DNA of 24,000 nt from Campylobacter phage CP30A: the sequence record JX569801.1; one strand, given 5' to 3'. Made by a program: the position numbers and the translations under genes. Positions 1 through 6,477 of the stretch are shown here, piece by piece. The notes under the pieces are model-generated. The model worked only from the letters and a program-made list of their open reading frames with translations. It ran no database searches and was not told where the DNA came from. Positions within the stretch are counted from its first letter, which is position 1; each line of letters starts with the position of its first letter.

Positions 1-13
1 TTATACTTTTCAA
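1..13 (-). CDS. possible 5' end of a gene leaving the window (TTG start)
   Basis: Minus strand reads GAAAGGAATTGATTTGAAAAGTATAA: SD-like AAAGGA then TTG at 13-11, downstream of the promoter-like motif at 37-69. Too short to identify. Confidence 0.3.
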
Positions 14-36
14 ATCAATTCCTTTCTTTTTTCTGT

Positions 37-69
37 ATTATATATTAATTATACTTAAAATCACCTTAA
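37..69 (-). promoter_or_regulatory. phage promoter, YTAAG-N6-TTAAG-N11-TATAAT class (instance 1)
   Basis: Minus: TTAAGGTGATTTTAAGTATAATTAATATATAAT; same layout as four other sites in the window. Confidence 0.6.
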
Positions 70-70
70 T

Positions 71-628
71 CTATAATACTTCGCCTTCAATTTGTTTAAA
101 TACAGTTTTTATGTAATCTTTTGATTCATCTGTAAACCTTAAAAACTTAAAAACATTCAAAATACTTTCACATATAATAGTATTGTTTATACCATTAAAA
201 TCTTTAATATTATATAACATTAGATACCAATACACAGTAACGAAAGATATTTGTTTTTTATTATATTCACGCATTACTTCTTTAAACATCGGTTTTTTGT
301 ATTTCTCTTCTAATGATGTTATGTCTTTTTTTATTATATTTTTATAGAATTTTATTGTGTTTTTAAACTTCTCATATTCTGTTTTATTGTAATTTCTTAA
401 ATAATCACATAAACCATAAATACTAGATGGACTGTATTTAAACATTATATATACACACAATAAAATGAAGTCACCTCTATCAGAAAAGTTTAACGGATAA
501 AAACCTATTTTTTTATCCATTATATCTTTGCTATGAGATACACATAATAATTTTTCTTTTAAGTTTTTTTGAAATGTAAGAAACACTCCATTAGAAATAT
601 TATAAATATCATAATAGTGCAATTTCAT
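71..628 (-). CDS. hypothetical protein, 185 aa
   Basis: Intact ORF in a tightly packed minus-strand operon; no recognised motif. Confidence 0.75.
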   Translation of the reverse strand: MKLHYYDIYNISNGVFLTFQKNLKEKLLCVSHSKDIMDKKIGFYPLNFSDRGDFILLCVYIMFKYSPSSIYGLCDYLRNYNKTEYEKFKNTIKFYKNIIKKDITSLEEKYKKPMFKEVMREYNKKQISFVTVYWYLMLYNIKDFNGINNTIICESILNVFKFLRFTDESKDYIKTVFKQIEGEVL

Positions 629-638
629 GCAGTATTCC

Positions 639-896
639 TTACTCCCATATATCTATGTCGCTTTGGTTTGGATCATATCTTGTAAATTTGAATTTTTTTA
701 AGTCTTTCTCAACAATATCCCTGAATATTGCATAGTCAGACAATTCTGATGCTATTAATTCAGGCTCCATATTAATATGATTTCCAAATTCAATTATAAC
801 ATCTAAAATACAATCATCCATCATATCTTTTTGTTTTCTAAACTCAAAGAGCTTATTAAAAAGCTCTGTTTTACTTTCCACTACTGCCCCATCCAC
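639..896 (-). CDS. small acidic protein, candidate T4 gp33-like late-promoter transcription accessory protein
   Basis: 85 aa; ILDVIIEFGNHINMEPELIASELSDYAIFRDIVEKDLKKFKF resembles the short conserved core of phage late-transcription coactivators (helical stretch, N-x-EPE-x-A, then a basic/hydrophobic tail). Confidence 0.45.
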   Translation of the reverse strand: MDGAVVESKTELFNKLFEFRKQKDMMDDCILDVIIEFGNHINMEPELIASELSDYAIFRDIVEKDLKKFKFTRYDPNQSDIDIWE

Positions 897-1317
897 CGTT
901 ATTACCTCTAACTAAATTTTTTGTAATGTTATCAAAATCATCTTTTGATATATTTTCTATTTTACTTTCATTACATTTTAATAACTCAAATTGGCAATAC
1001 TTATCACCTTTTTTTATAGTGTATGGTTCCTTACCAAAATTATACACTTTTACTTTTAAATTTCCACTCCAAGAAGCATCTAATATACCAGGATAAACAA
1101 ATAAATCTTTTATAAACCCTAGACTACTTCTAGTGTTAAATCTTATATAATATCCATCTGGAATTATTAATCTAACACCATTTTCAACATACTCAAACCC
1201 GCCAGGTTGAATTGTTTTATCTTCTATTGAAAAAATATCGTAACAAGCAGAGCCCATTACTGATATTTCTGGTAATTTTGCATTACTGTCTTCTAGCCAT
1301 ATTTTTAATACACACAT
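871..1317 (-). CDS. dut: trimeric dUTPase (dUTP diphosphatase)
   Basis: All five motifs: GSACYDI, RSSLG, GILDASWSGN, KKGDKYCQ, RGNNGGWGSSGK. Confidence 0.9.
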   Translation of the reverse strand: MCVLKIWLEDSNAKLPEISVMGSACYDIFSIEDKTIQPGGFEYVENGVRLIIPDGYYIRFNTRSSLGFIKDLFVYPGILDASWSGNLKVKVYNFGKEPYTIKKGDKYCQFELLKCNESKIENISKDDFDNITKNLVRGNNGGWGSSGK

Positions 1318-1712
1318 ATTTTTATCCTATTAATTAAAAGTAGTGATTCATTATTAAAATCATATATTTCTACAAAATTATCAATTAGGTCAAGTAATAC
1401 ATTAATACTTATTTTAAAAGATATTTCAAGTAATGATTGTGGGTTTTTATTTATTATATTTTCTAAATTATCCTTCATAAGTACTGACAAAACAGTCCCA
1501 TAACATGGTAGTTTTGTATCATCATCTAATTTAACAGATATACAGTTCAATTTTATTTTTTTATTTTCTATACTTTTACTTTCTCTAACATTTTCTTTTA
1601 ATAATTCATAAGTATGAGAAAAATTTTCACTAATCAACAATATTGGGTTTAATTTCACCAACTCTTCAACCATATTTAAAATTTCTATATTTTTCATTTT
1701 CACCTCTTTCAA
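1305..1712 (-). CDS. hypothetical protein, 135 aa
   Basis: Intact ORF overlapping neighbours slightly; no motif. Confidence 0.7.
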   Translation of the reverse strand: MKEVKMKNIEILNMVEELVKLNPILLISENFSHTYELLKENVRESKSIENKKIKLNCISVKLDDDTKLPCYGTVLSVLMKDNLENIINKNPQSLLEISFKISINVLLDLIDNFVEIYDFNNESLLLINRIKICVY

Positions 1713-2977
1713 TTTAATAATGCATGAATGCCTGTTACAGCAGCTGGAATAATACCTCTTGTAATAGCTGAATCACCTACAAAAAAGATATTTTTACTAA
1801 AGCCCTGTACTGTAAAATTATCATTATAACTAACTCTAGGACCTATTATTTTTATTTCTGGAAAATATCCTTTCCATTCCTTTATATCTAGTATATCACA
1901 AAGTTCCTTAATAAATTCTGAAAGTGAATCACCTAAGTTATCAAAACAATTTAAAAACTCTAAAGATGATTTCTGATTTAATTCATAAATTTTACCATTA
2001 GTAATGGTTTCTATTTGTGATAAATAATCTTCTACATTTACATTTTTAAAAGAACCTAAAATAGCCCAGTTGGATTTTCCAGTCCATTTGTTTTTTACAT
2101 GTAATCCATAAGCGTGTCCATTTGCTTGTTCTCTAATAGGAATAGAATACCCTTTTACTTTTTCTGTTACAACTTCTGCTGTTCCATGATTAACACAAAA
2201 TGTTCTTAACTCTTTAAGATAATTTTTGTTAATATTTTTAGAGAACTTAAAATCGTATTGAATATTGTTTGCTAGCTCTTGAATTGTATTATTATATTCA
2301 CACTCAAATCTAAATCCTATATGAATTTGGTCAGCAACAGATTTAATATTGTTTAATTCAAAGGTTTCTTTAATATCTTTCATACCACTTCTACCAAGAC
2401 CTATAAAAAGTTTATCATAAGTTATATATGATTCAACACCATTTGTATCTCTTACTGTTATGCATTTATCTAGTTTTGAAGGAATATATGTAGAGTTACA
2501 ATAAATTGTAACACCTTTATCTTCAAGCCATTTTATCATGTTTTTACACATTTCAAGCCCCAAAGTTGAACCTACATGATAACACTCAGATTGTTTTAAA
2601 GCTATATCACCATAACCACTTACAAACTTTGATCCTGTTTCAACTGGTTGTGTTATGTGTATAGAAGCATTTTCTGGTAAAAACATTTTAAATAATTTAT
2701 TTTTAAAAAAATCATAGTATTCTAAAACTTGTTGCTTATTAATATACTCAAATATAGGTTGATCATCATGTAGTGAAAATACATTCTTATTATCACTAAA
2801 TGCACCACCACCTAGGAGACCATTTACAATATCTATTGTCGGTATCCTATCATTAATGTGTTTCCCTTTCTCAATAACAATTACTTCATCATGTTTCATA
2901 TTAATAATATTATTCATAATACCATAACAAATAGTATATATATTTGCTACACCACCACCTATAAATACATATTTCAT
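1709..2977 (-). CDS. FAD-dependent oxidoreductase / dehydrogenase-like (COG2509-type)
   Basis: N-terminal dinucleotide-binding VFIGGGVANI...VIVIEKG, internal LLGGGAFSDNKN, IGLGRSG, C-terminal IFFVGDSAITRGIIPAAVTGIHALLN typical of the family. Confidence 0.75.
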   Translation of the reverse strand: MKYVFIGGGVANIYTICYGIMNNIINMKHDEVIVIEKGKHINDRIPTIDIVNGLLGGGAFSDNKNVFSLHDDQPIFEYINKQQVLEYYDFFKNKLFKMFLPENASIHITQPVETGSKFVSGYGDIALKQSECYHVGSTLGLEMCKNMIKWLEDKGVTIYCNSTYIPSKLDKCITVRDTNGVESYITYDKLFIGLGRSGMKDIKETFELNNIKSVADQIHIGFRFECEYNNTIQELANNIQYDFKFSKNINKNYLKELRTFCVNHGTAEVVTEKVKGYSIPIREQANGHAYGLHVKNKWTGKSNWAILGSFKNVNVEDYLSQIETITNGKIYELNQKSSLEFLNCFDNLGDSLSEFIKELCDILDIKEWKGYFPEIKIIGPRVSYNDNFTVQGFSKNIFFVGDSAITRGIIPAAVTGIHALLN

Positions 2978-3024
2978 ATAACCTTCCTTACTTGTAGTTA
3001 TTATACAATAATTTATATTAGGAA

Positions 3025-3042
3025 AACCTTTAACTAAAGGTT
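3025..3042 (-). terminator. hairpin at 3' end of the DUF3310 gene
   Basis: AACCTTTAGTTAAAGGTT on minus, perfect 8-nt arms, followed by TTCC; overlaps the stop codon. Confidence 0.4.
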
Positions 3043-3434
3043 CTCTTAGTTAAATCATAATTACCATGTAACAAATAATCAAAATAAAAAAATATTTTCT
3101 TTAACTCTGATTTATTATCATCTTTACTGCCAAGTCTTGAAACATATTTTACTATGTTACCTTCACAAAAATTCAAATTGTTTTTATATATAAAATCAAT
3201 GGGTTCTATTGCTAGTTTGGTATAATGCTCAGGTATTACCTCTTCTTTATCGCTATGCTTACATGATGATGCTTTATAATACTCTTGTTTAATAACTTTA
3301 AATACATCCATATACTCGGGATCTTGTATAGCAACAACATTTTTGTTGTTTATATAGCCAAGTTGTGTTATTAAGTATCTCTGAAACTCATTAAAATTAT
3401 TACTATTACAATATTGTTCAAAACTATAGCTCAT
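3030..3434 (-). CDS. DUF3310-family phage protein (SaV-like)
   Basis: HYTKLAIEPIDFIYKNNLNFCEGNIVKYVSRLGSKDDNKSELKKIFFYFDYLL matches the DUF3310 signature (IEPIDYI...F.EGN.IKYV.R). Confidence 0.8.
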   Translation of the reverse strand: MSYSFEQYCNSNNFNEFQRYLITQLGYINNKNVVAIQDPEYMDVFKVIKQEYYKASSCKHSDKEEVIPEHYTKLAIEPIDFIYKNNLNFCEGNIVKYVSRLGSKDDNKSELKKIFFYFDYLLHGNYDLTKRTFS

Positions 3435-3437
3435 TTT

Positions 3438-3614
3438 TTATCCTAATATTAATTTACTATTATTTGACTGCTTACTAATAGCATCTTTTATAATGGTTTC
3501 CAGTTCTGTTAGATTTTCTACTATTTTCTGAGTATCAATATCAGATAATACTAACTCTCCAACATAAGACTGTAGTATTTCATTAATATCATTAATTTTA
3601 TTTTTTATAGTCAT
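3438..3614 (-). CDS. small ORF, 58 aa, missed by the ORF track
   Basis: MTIKNKINDINEILQSYVGELVLSDIDTQKIVENLTELETIIKDAISKQSNNSKLILG*, SD AAAGGAG 6 nt upstream of ATG, directly downstream of the promoter-like motif at 3641-3673. Confidence 0.75.
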   Translation of the reverse strand: MTIKNKINDINEILQSYVGELVLSDIDTQKIVENLTELETIIKDAISKQSNNSKLILG

Positions 3615-3640
3615 TACTAACTCCTTTTATTATATTTGAT

Positions 3641-3673
3641 ATTATACAACATTTAACCTTAAGGTTATCTTAG
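3641..3673 (-). promoter_or_regulatory. phage promoter, YTAAG-N6-TTAAG-N11-TATAAT class (instance 2)
   Basis: Minus: CTAAGATAACCTTAAGGTTAAATGTTGTATAAT. Confidence 0.65.
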
Positions 3674-3718
3674 TTGTATATTATTTTAATATTTTTTATA
3701 TACATGTTATAACTATAC

Positions 3719-3736
3719 TGGGCTAAATCTAACCCA
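3719..3736 (-). terminator. hairpin at the 3' end of the transglycosylase gene
   Basis: Minus TGGGTTAGATTTAGCCCA: 7-bp stem including one U.G wobble, GATT loop, overlapping the TAG stop. No clear U tract. Confidence 0.4.
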
Positions 3737-4256
3737 CTTTTATTTTCAAGTATTTGTCATACCCCCTTCCCTTGTAATAATGTAATATTTCTAAATCATC
3801 ATTAGTTTTATATCTTTGCTTAATATAATTTATTATAATAGCAGTAGCTTCTATTTGATTTTTTAGCGAGTTTATATGTTTTATATTGTGTTTGGCTAAT
3901 ACTATCTTCCACATTTTGTAATTTATTCCACTTATTCCCTTAACATTATTATACTTATGTTTTACTTTATGTTTGAAGTATGATTCTGATTGTATTAACG
4001 ACATTATAAAAACTGGATTTATATTATATTTTAAAGATGCTTCAAATATGTAGTTTGTTATTTCAGTAGCGTTTTTATTATTATATTTTGAAATGTGGTT
4101 TATCATATTTTGTTTTAAATATGATAACCTTTCTTGAATAATGTCTTCAAAATTATATTTAGCATGAAAAATAACTGATTGCGATGTTGTTGTAAATACA
4201 ATGCATAAAAAAATAATAATATATGTTAGCTTTTTCATTACAGCTTTTTTCAACAT
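3729..4256 (-). CDS. exported SLT-type lytic transglycosylase (possible endolysin)
   Basis: N-terminal MKKLTYIIIFLCIVFTTT hydrophobic signal; SLT core YNINPVFIMSLIQSESYFKHKVKHKYNNVKGISGIN...ATAIIINYIKQRY...LHYYKG. True start may be the internal MKKLT methionine. Confidence 0.75.
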   Translation of the reverse strand: MLKKAVMKKLTYIIIFLCIVFTTTSQSVIFHAKYNFEDIIQERLSYLKQNMINHISKYNNKNATEITNYIFEASLKYNINPVFIMSLIQSESYFKHKVKHKYNNVKGISGINYKMWKIVLAKHNIKHINSLKNQIEATAIIINYIKQRYKTNDDLEILHYYKGRGYDKYLKIKVG

Positions 4257-4257
4257 T

Positions 4258-4893
4258 TTAATAATATTGTTTTAGTAGTTTTTCACACCCCTTAAACTTT
4301 AGCTTTCTTTGTTTTGGATTCCTACAATAAATAGTGATTTTCAATCTTTTTTCCAATGCTTTTTTATATTTTTTTATAGCTCTTTCTGGTATCTCATCTA
4401 ATGATATGCTATCCCACATATTATCACACATTTTTGCTTCTACTGAAATATATAAACTTGTAATGTATCTTCTAAAGTCACCAATTTTTAAACACAAACT
4501 ATTTGCTAATGCGTAAAATAATGGTCCTTTTCTTGGAGCCCATTTTGCAGCTAACTGGTTTTTTAATTTTAACTCATTTGAATAAAATGATAATATTTTT
4601 TCTTTATTAGAATCACTTGCAACTTTATACATTTCATTTAAATCTTTAAAACAGCCATATTTTACAACAGATGCTAAAAACATGTCATTAATATTGTTTG
4701 TTTTTTCAGCGATATACTTTAGAAGTAAAATTGAATTCTTTATATTTCCTCCATTTACATCTCTAGCCCATAATAAAATCTGCATCGCTTGTTTTTTATC
4801 TTCCTGTTTGGCATATTTAAACAATTTTATAAGATAGTTAATATCTTTTGAGTAAAATAATGCTTTTGCAAAATTTTTACAATTAAATTTCAT
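4258..4893 (-). CDS. DUF2828-like / TROVE-related alpha-helical repeat protein, N-terminal module only
   Basis: LLWARDVNGGNIKNS...VVKYGCFKDLNEMY...LAAKWAPRKG...FRRYITSLYISVEAKMCDNMWDSISLDEIPERAIKKYKKAL matches the DUF2828 pattern. Start set at ATG (MKFNCK) with SD AAAAGGA rather than the GTG at 4920 in the ORF track. Confidence 0.65.
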   Translation of the reverse strand: MKFNCKNFAKALFYSKDINYLIKLFKYAKQEDKKQAMQILLWARDVNGGNIKNSILLLKYIAEKTNNINDMFLASVVKYGCFKDLNEMYKVASDSNKEKILSFYSNELKLKNQLAAKWAPRKGPLFYALANSLCLKIGDFRRYITSLYISVEAKMCDNMWDSISLDEIPERAIKKYKKALEKRLKITIYCRNPKQRKLKFKGCEKLLKQYY

Positions 4894-4898
4894 ATCAT

Positions 4899-4905
4899 TC
4901 CTTTT
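4899..4905 (-). promoter_or_regulatory. Shine-Dalgarno of the DUF2828/TROVE-like gene
   Basis: AAAAGGA, 5 nt before ATG at 4893. Confidence 0.7.
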
Positions 4906-4913
4906 ATATTTAG

Positions 4914-4991
4914 AGAACACCAGGTTAAGAGTATCTGAAGATTGAAAGGAGGGACCTTATTTTAGGTCTGCGTATTAACCTTATGTGTTCT
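4914..4991 (-). ncRNA. candidate structured RNA or structured 5' leader
   Basis: AGAACAC(4991-...4985)/GTGTTCT(4920-4914) outer stem, AGGTTAA/TTAACCT second stem, inner GACCT-AAAATA-AGGTC hairpin. Locally higher GC (about 39% by hand count) and no ORF. Confidence 0.5.
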
Positions 4992-5013
4992 ATTTTATTA
5001 CTCAGGCTATGGT

Positions 5014-5031
5014 CTCTTTAGAAGTAAAGAG
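5014..5031 (-). promoter_or_regulatory. 7-bp hairpin with tetraloop
   Basis: Minus CTCTTTA-CTTC-TAAAGAG, perfect arms. Confidence 0.45.
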
Positions 5032-5053
5032 AAAATTAACATAATAAGCTTAC

Positions 5054-5100
5054 CATAACCTTGATATACTCATTTTATTAATGAATATATCAAGATTATG
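5054..5100 (-). promoter_or_regulatory. long near-perfect hairpin just after the topoisomerase stop codon
   Basis: Minus CATAA-T-CTTGATATA-T-TCATT / AATGA-G-TATATCAAG-G-TTATG with loop AATAA: 19 Watson-Crick pairs plus 2 G.U pairs. Confidence 0.65.
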
Positions 5101-5116
5101 ATGCAATCATAATCTT
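5092..5116 (-). repeat. inverted repeat overlapping the topoisomerase stop codon, competing with the 5054-5100 hairpin
   Basis: Minus AAGATTATGAT-TGC-ATCATAATCTT: perfect 11-nt arms. Confidence 0.7.
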
Positions 5117-6423
5117 TCAAATAATTTATTTATATCATCCAACCAAATATCTTTAACGTGTTTTTGTGACAACTCATTAAAACTTTGTTGCAAACCATTC
5201 AACTGTTCATTTAAATTGTTTATACTTTCTTCACTTAATGAATATAAAGGCATATTTATAAGTGTATCAATATTATGAATTATACCTATATTATTTATTT
5301 GTTTGATAATATCTTCTTTTTTCTTTCTTTCAAATATAACCTTTTTATCCAAAACTGCTTGGATGAATTTTATTTTGTTACTAATTAATTCAATTTGGTC
5401 TGAATATTTAGATAATTTATATTGTTTTCTTTTTTGTATATACTCTAATTTAACATCTATATATTCTTTTAAAATCTCAATCTCATCTTTATAGGTTTTA
5501 ATAAAATTGTTTCTATCAGCACAAGTAAAATTTTCGGTATCAGTTGTTTCTATTCCTAATAATTTATGAATATTTTGATTATTCCAAAAATCTCCACTTA
5601 CATTTATTACATATTCAAAATTGTCACCTAGTGAGTAGTCTTTATAATCTTTTATTATTTTTTTCTCTTTTAGTGAGTTAAAATGTATTAACATACTCTC
5701 ATTAGTAGCATAAGGTGTTGTTTCTGTTATTTTTAAATTATAAGTATCTATTTTTTCATAAACACCTTTAAGTTTCCATTGTTTTTTACCATGTTCTGTA
5801 TTAAGTAATTCAACAGTACCCTTATAACCTTTAAAATATGGGACTAGTGGTTTCGGTTGTTTATTATCTAAAATGTCTTTAATAGCTTGTTTAACATCTT
5901 CAGCACTTCTTTGCATTATATTTTGTGCAAAACCCACACCCATACCGTTATTGTTAATTAATAATATTAATGGTAAAGTAGGTAATAGGAACCTTGGTTC
6001 TATTTTTTGTCCCTCAAAATACTGATGATCTAAAATCTCTTCATCGTCTTTATTGAATAAAAGATCATAATAATCTGATTTTTTTATAGAAGAATATCTT
6101 GGTTGAGCTGATGTTGGTGAAGTCCTACATCCTATAGCTGATAATGGTTTAAATAATGGTAATGTAACAGGACCACAATCAAAATCTCTTGCAAAATTTG
6201 TAATTATATCAGGTAAAATATCTTCATTATGCAAATATTGTGATTTAGATGCTATTTCTGACTTTAATGTTGAAACTTTTTTATAATTAGTCAAGTCTTT
6301 ACTAAAATAAACTATTTTACGACCTGAATTTTTAAATCCATCAATTAAACTTGCTATACTTCTAATGTTATCATATGAAGCATATTGACATAAATTATCA
6401 TTAAATAATGTATTAATATTCAT
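5107..6423 (-). CDS. DNA topoisomerase II medium subunit, T4 gp52-like (DNA cleavage subunit)
   Basis: GyrA/ParC-like NLCQYASYDNIRSIASLIDGFKNSGRKIVYFS; active-site region GCRTSPTSAQPRYSSI; LPLILLINNNGMGVGFAQNI. Confidence 0.88.
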   Translation of the reverse strand: MNINTLFNDNLCQYASYDNIRSIASLIDGFKNSGRKIVYFSKDLTNYKKVSTLKSEIASKSQYLHNEDILPDIITNFARDFDCGPVTLPLFKPLSAIGCRTSPTSAQPRYSSIKKSDYYDLLFNKDDEEILDHQYFEGQKIEPRFLLPTLPLILLINNNGMGVGFAQNIMQRSAEDVKQAIKDILDNKQPKPLVPYFKGYKGTVELLNTEHGKKQWKLKGVYEKIDTYNLKITETTPYATNESMLIHFNSLKEKKIIKDYKDYSLGDNFEYVINVSGDFWNNQNIHKLLGIETTDTENFTCADRNNFIKTYKDEIEILKEYIDVKLEYIQKRKQYKLSKYSDQIELISNKIKFIQAVLDKKVIFERKKKEDIIKQINNIGIIHNIDTLINMPLYSLSEESINNLNEQLNGLQQSFNELSQKHVKDIWLDDINKLFERL

Positions 6424-6442
6424 TTCTATCCTTTCATTTTAT

Positions 6443-6477
6443 ATATTATATAACATTTTAACTTAAAATTTCCTTAA
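6443..6477 (-). promoter_or_regulatory. phage promoter, YTAAG/TTAAG class (instance 3), overlapping the 3' end of the endonuclease gene
   Basis: Minus: TTAAGGAAATTTTAAGTTAAAATGTTATATATAAT, 2 nt longer than the others. Confidence 0.6.

Noticed and set aside
4894-4920. GTG start at 4920 for the DUF2828/TROVE-like gene
   Set aside because: The in-frame ATG at 4893 has a well-placed SD (AAAAGGA); the upstream extension contains that SD and the base of the structured leader.
4914-4991. tRNA or tRNA-like gene (7-bp acceptor-like stem, 78 nt long)
   Set aside because: No T-arm/GGTTC-like loop next to the closing stem on either strand and no plausible anticodon arm.
5303-5494. Plus-strand ORF, 63 aa
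   Set aside because: Antisense shadow within the topoisomerase gene, biased hydrophobic/Ser-rich translation.
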